64,000 nucleotides of DNA, taken from the sequence record MZ436830.1, one strand, 5' to 3'. The translations under genes and the position numbers were made by a program. Source of the DNA: Escherichia phage JK1. Of the stretch, positions 60,048 to 64,000 are shown piece after piece (the stretch's first letter is position 1; every line of letters begins with the position of its first letter). The notes under the pieces were generated by a model. That model saw nothing but the letters and a program-made list of their open reading frames with translations. It made no database searches and had not been told where the DNA came from.

Positions 60048-60307
60048 ATACTGGCTTCTTTGAGTTTCGTTTTAGCAATAGTTAACTGATCGAGGCTTTC
60101 GGCGTAATTCTTCGCGAGTTCATCATCTTCACAGCTATCAAATGCTTCCCAAAATTCATCGTATAAAGCATCAAAGATAAGTCCTAAACGAACTTCAGCG
60201 TCTTTAATAGCATTTACTTTACCGATTTTTTCGTCGGTATGTGGCTTATAACCTTTAATATCTTCAATCATATTTGACTTCCTCACCAGTACATAAATCG
60301 TATTCAA
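60005..60307 (-). CDS. hypothetical protein
   Basis: 100-aa ORF. Confidence 0.45.
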   Translation of the reverse strand: MNTIYVLVRKSNMIEDIKGYKPHTDEKIGKVNAIKDAEVRLGLIFDALYDEFWEAFDSCEDDELAKNYAESLDQLTIAKTKLKEASMWACRAVFQPEEKY

Positions 60308-60485
60308 CTAAACGAATAGGTTCATGAATGCCATATCCCTGAACAGAAATTTCTGTAGTAGGATAAATTCCATCAATATCACCCATATTCCACGCTTCGT
60401 TAAATTGCTGTTCGCCTGAATTACTAAACCACTCGGCGAAAGCATTTAGCACATCTTTAGAACCTTCAATAATTATCTTTGCCAT
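60264..60485 (-). CDS. small hypothetical protein
   Basis: 73-aa ORF. Confidence 0.45.
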   Translation of the reverse strand: MAKIIIEGSKDVLNAFAEWFSNSGEQQFNEAWNMGDIDGIYPTTEISVQGYGIHEPIRLVEYDLCTGEEVKYD

Positions 60486-60847
60486 TACAAACTCTCGGTG
60501 AAGGTACGAGCGATAACGTCGCGCTGCTGTTCCGGAGTCAGAGAGTTAAAGCGAACTGCATAACCGGATACACGGATGGTCAGCTGCGGATATTTTTCCG
60601 GATGCTTAACTGCATCTTCCAGAGTTTCACGACGCAGAACGTTAACGTTCAGGTGTTGACCACCTTCAATTTTAACTGTAGGCTGTGGCTCAATTTCAAT
60701 TTCACGGGCATGCAAACCGTAGAAAATTTCTGGGTCTACAAAAGAGTCCTCTTTAAAGGTTTTAGAGACAATAATTCGTGCTTGAATACCATCTTCAAAA
60801 TAAATAGTGCCTTTATGTGTGCCTTCAAGAATTTGATATGCTTTCAT
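60485..60847 (-). CDS. autonomous glycyl radical cofactor (GrcA/YfiD-like)
   Basis: C-terminal ...[27 protein letters not shown] glycyl-radical motif; 3' half GC-rich. Confidence 0.8.
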   Translation of the reverse strand: MKAYQILEGTHKGTIYFEDGIQARIIVSKTFKEDSFVDPEIFYGLHAREIEIEPQPTVKIEGGQHLNVNVLRRETLEDAVKHPEKYPQLTIRVSGYAVRFNSLTPEQQRDVIARTFTESL

Positions 60848-60854
60848 ATAAACC

Positions 60855-61235
60855 TCAATTAGAAAATAAATTTATCCAAGATTGTTCTTTAATTAAAAAT
60901 GGCTCAGAATCATATGCCATTAAACTTTGGGTAATTAATCCTTTAAAAGGTCCATCAATAAATTCCATGGTAAAATATGGAATTTTATTCATTAGCCGTG
61001 CATTAGGAGCAGTGCACAAAACTCTGCATCCTTTGAATATACCTTTTTGTAATTTGTATTGCTTGGGATAAAATTCGCTCAAAGTGTTATTATTTGCCAA
61101 AATTTCAAAATGATTCACCAATTTATTTTTAATAGTTTTTGGCGAAAAATAAAGATATTCGAAAAGCTGAGTGTCTGTCATCATTGCATTCCAATCACAA
61201 AAAATTGAGGACGAGTAATACCACCAATGCAACAT
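60855..61235 (-). CDS. hypothetical protein
   Basis: 126-aa ORF, start uncertain. Confidence 0.4.
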   Translation of the reverse strand: MLHWWYYSSSIFCDWNAMMTDTQLFEYLYFSPKTIKNKLVNHFEILANNNTLSEFYPKQYKLQKGIFKGCRVLCTAPNARLMNKIPYFTMEFIDGPFKGLITQSLMAYDSEPFLIKEQSWINLFSN

Positions 61236-61723
61236 TTACTATTACAGCAGTAGTGTACAGTGTCAATATGGACGCTATAAATCTTATCCATATCAGGAGA
61301 TTTGACAGGCTCATCAATTATATACAAAATTCGCGAAAGCGATAAACCTCTGAACTTACTTCCTTTATTACCAATAAAACTGCGCACAGAATCAGTAAAT
61401 AAACGAAAACGTATATCATCATTAGAATAACGCGAAAATTCCTTTTTAATGTTATTTGCAGAAATTTTAGCGTAAGCTGAAGTATTAGAAAGAACAATAA
61501 CTGTTCCGCCATCATACAGCCAATTAGCAGCAAAGTTAGTCACAGCAATTGATTTACCAGATTGACGTCCACCATCTAGTCGAAGTGTACAATATTCTTT
61601 AAATAAATGCGACGAATCAGGTACATAAAATCCACTATTACAAATTTCTTCTACTCTAGCATCAGAATGGTGTGTAAAAGCATTCATCAGGGATAGATAA
61701 GGACCAGTTAAAAATGTTCTCAT
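61181..61723 (-). CDS. small P-loop NTPase
   Basis: Walker A GGRQSGKS, Walker B ILYIIDEP; start trimmed to MRTFL. Confidence 0.5.
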   Translation of the reverse strand: MRTFLTGPYLSLMNAFTHHSDARVEEICNSGFYVPDSSHLFKEYCTLRLDGGRQSGKSIAVTNFAANWLYDGGTVIVLSNTSAYAKISANNIKKEFSRYSNDDIRFRLFTDSVRSFIGNKGSKFRGLSLSRILYIIDEPVKSPDMDKIYSVHIDTVHYCCNSKCCIGGITRPQFFVIGMQ

Positions 61724-61864
61724 TTTATTCTCTCTAAATTTGGGCCATTCCGTGGCGCATGAATTGTCCATTTCTGTATTTACCCATTACCGCACTCAGG
61801 CTCGACCTTATCACAGGTTGGCGGGAATCCCTCACAGAATCATGAGGTCCAGCTTGTTCCCATA

Positions 61865-62338
61865 TTATTTGAACGATTTAACGTACTGAATAGAACCTTT
61901 ACTATTCACAAAGGCAATTTTACCATTTTTATTATACATGGTAGCAGTACGTTGATAACCATAAGTTTGTTTACCAGATTGATAACCAACTAATGCGAAA
62001 TTATCTTCGCCCATTTTATTCTGTTTAGCGCGAATGCGTTCATGACCATGTGCCATAAGAACCTTAGCATCACCGGTTGCAATGGATCGACGAGTTTTTT
62101 CATCTTCAACTGTATTAACAAAGTCGTCAAATGAATCAAATTTAGCATGAGATTTATTATACAGTTTTCCATCTACTGCATAATTATATCCCTGTACATC
62201 CATCTCAACTTCTGTACCATCATCCAATACAGCAGTGATTTTTTGACCTTTTTTAAATTTCAAAAGATCAGTAAAAGATTCAGCAATAATTTGAGAATTA
62301 ATAGCTGCTTCAGTGATAAATTCTTGATATGTTTTCAT
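61865..62338 (-). CDS. internal protein with capsid-targeting sequence
   Basis: N-terminus MKTYQEFITEA typical of T-even internal protein CTS. Confidence 0.6.
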   Translation of the reverse strand: MKTYQEFITEAAINSQIIAESFTDLLKFKKGQKITAVLDDGTEVEMDVQGYNYAVDGKLYNKSHAKFDSFDDFVNTVEDEKTRRSIATGDAKVLMAHGHERIRAKQNKMGEDNFALVGYQSGKQTYGYQRTATMYNKNGKIAFVNSKGSIQYVKSFK

Positions 62339-62347
62339 ATGTTTCCT

Positions 62348-62764
62348 TTAAATGTAAATATTTTTACCGTAATACTTATACCAATGTGGTTTCATTAAAA
62401 TTTTTTCATCAAGTCGTTGTTGACTCAATTTAATAGCTGATTTGCATGGATTATAATCATTTTTCCATTCTATTGGAATATCGCTGATGTCAGGAACTTC
62501 AGTATCTTTTATACTGAACCCGCGTTTTAAGCATTCCGTTATAATGTCTAATTGACGCTTTCGCAAAAATTCTAACTTATCGTAAAAGAACGTAACATGA
62601 CCAGAACCTAAAATAAACTCGGAAGATATTTTAAAATCTTTAACGCGCTTACCGTTTGCCACATGCTTACGAACTATACCAAAAACACGTGGCAATTCAC
62701 GATATTCTGCAATTAAATGCTGATCAGTAAGTTCAGATACTAAAGTCAAATTAATACGAGTCAT
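62348..62764 (-). CDS. denV: endonuclease V (pyrimidine dimer DNA glycosylase)
   Basis: 138 aa; [12 protein letters not shown]...WYKYYGK. Confidence 0.9.
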   Translation of the reverse strand: MTRINLTLVSELTDQHLIAEYRELPRVFGIVRKHVANGKRVKDFKISSEFILGSGHVTFFYDKLEFLRKRQLDIITECLKRGFSIKDTEVPDISDIPIEWKNDYNPCKSAIKLSQQRLDEKILMKPHWYKYYGKNIYI

Positions 62765-62789
62765 TTTATCCCTCCAAGTAACTGTGAAT

Positions 62790-62819
62790 ATACTATCACA
62801 ATTCTAGGAGAAAGTAAAC
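62790..62819 (-). promoter_or_regulatory. early promoter upstream of denV
   Basis: GTTTAC-N18-TAGTAT. Confidence 0.4.
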
Positions 62820-62823
62820 AACT

Positions 62824-63794
<971 letters not shown>

Positions 63795-63811
<17 letters not shown>

Positions 63812-64000
63812 TCAGTGATAAAGCTATTTAAATTTTGGGTATATTTCTTTTCATCAAAAATCTTTTGTTGTCTGCGTAAACGCCATGGCATTTCAATGAA
63901 CGTGTACCATATCCCAGATAATATTGCTGCTGTAAAAATATTAACAAGTATGGTTAAAATAATCCAATCTCCCGTTCTGTCTACTGGACTTTCTCCAAAG
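63795..64000 (-). CDS. C-terminal fragment of a membrane protein (5' end beyond window)
   Basis: open frame to window edge; stop overlaps nudE ATG (ATGA). Confidence 0.4.

Noticed and set aside
61772-61864. Possible tRNA or group I intron fragment in the GC-rich spacer
   Set aside because: No cloverleaf, no T-loop (GTTCRA) and no recognisable intron core elements; kept only as an unexplained GC-rich element.
61318-62172. Nested minus-strand ORFs 61318-61533 and 61990-62172
   Set aside because: Alternative frames inside the P-loop gene and the internal-protein gene.

Overview
This window is a co-linear segment of a T-even (T4-like, Tevenvirinae) coliphage genome, running from rIIA to nudE. 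Nearly every gene is on the minus strand, so transcription runs from high to low coordinates. Recognisable genes, in transcription order: nudE, e (lysozyme), denV, an internal protein, regB, tk, rI, nrdC, 49, nrdD, nrdG, nrdH, 55, alpha-gt, 47, 46, rpbA, 45, 44, 62, regA, 43, imm, 42, a glycosyltransferase, uvsX, 40, 41, dmd, 61, 56, soc, modB, modA, dda, dexA, 39, rIIA. Compared with what I recall of T4 itself, gene 39 is one uninterrupted 606-aa ORF, nrdD is intron-less, no homing-endonuclease (mob/seg) ORFs were recognised, and a DxD glycosyltransferase sits where beta-gt would be. That points to a T2/T6-like relative rather than T4. No tRNA, rRNA or CRISPR array was found. Regulatory signals are dense on the minus strand: early promoters (GTTTAC-N17/18-TATAAT), MotA-box middle promoters, TATAAATA late promoters and many C(UUCG)G hairpins. 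The most interesting unexplained content is in the variable nrdC-tk and tk-denV regions: four tandem coiled-coil-tailed paralogues, an AAA+ ATPase next to a nucleotidyltransferase-fold protein, a macro-domain protein, a host-derived GC-rich glycyl-radical (GrcA-like) gene, and a GC-rich ORF-free spacer. All functional calls rest on reading the translations and on recalled family knowledge; no database search was run.
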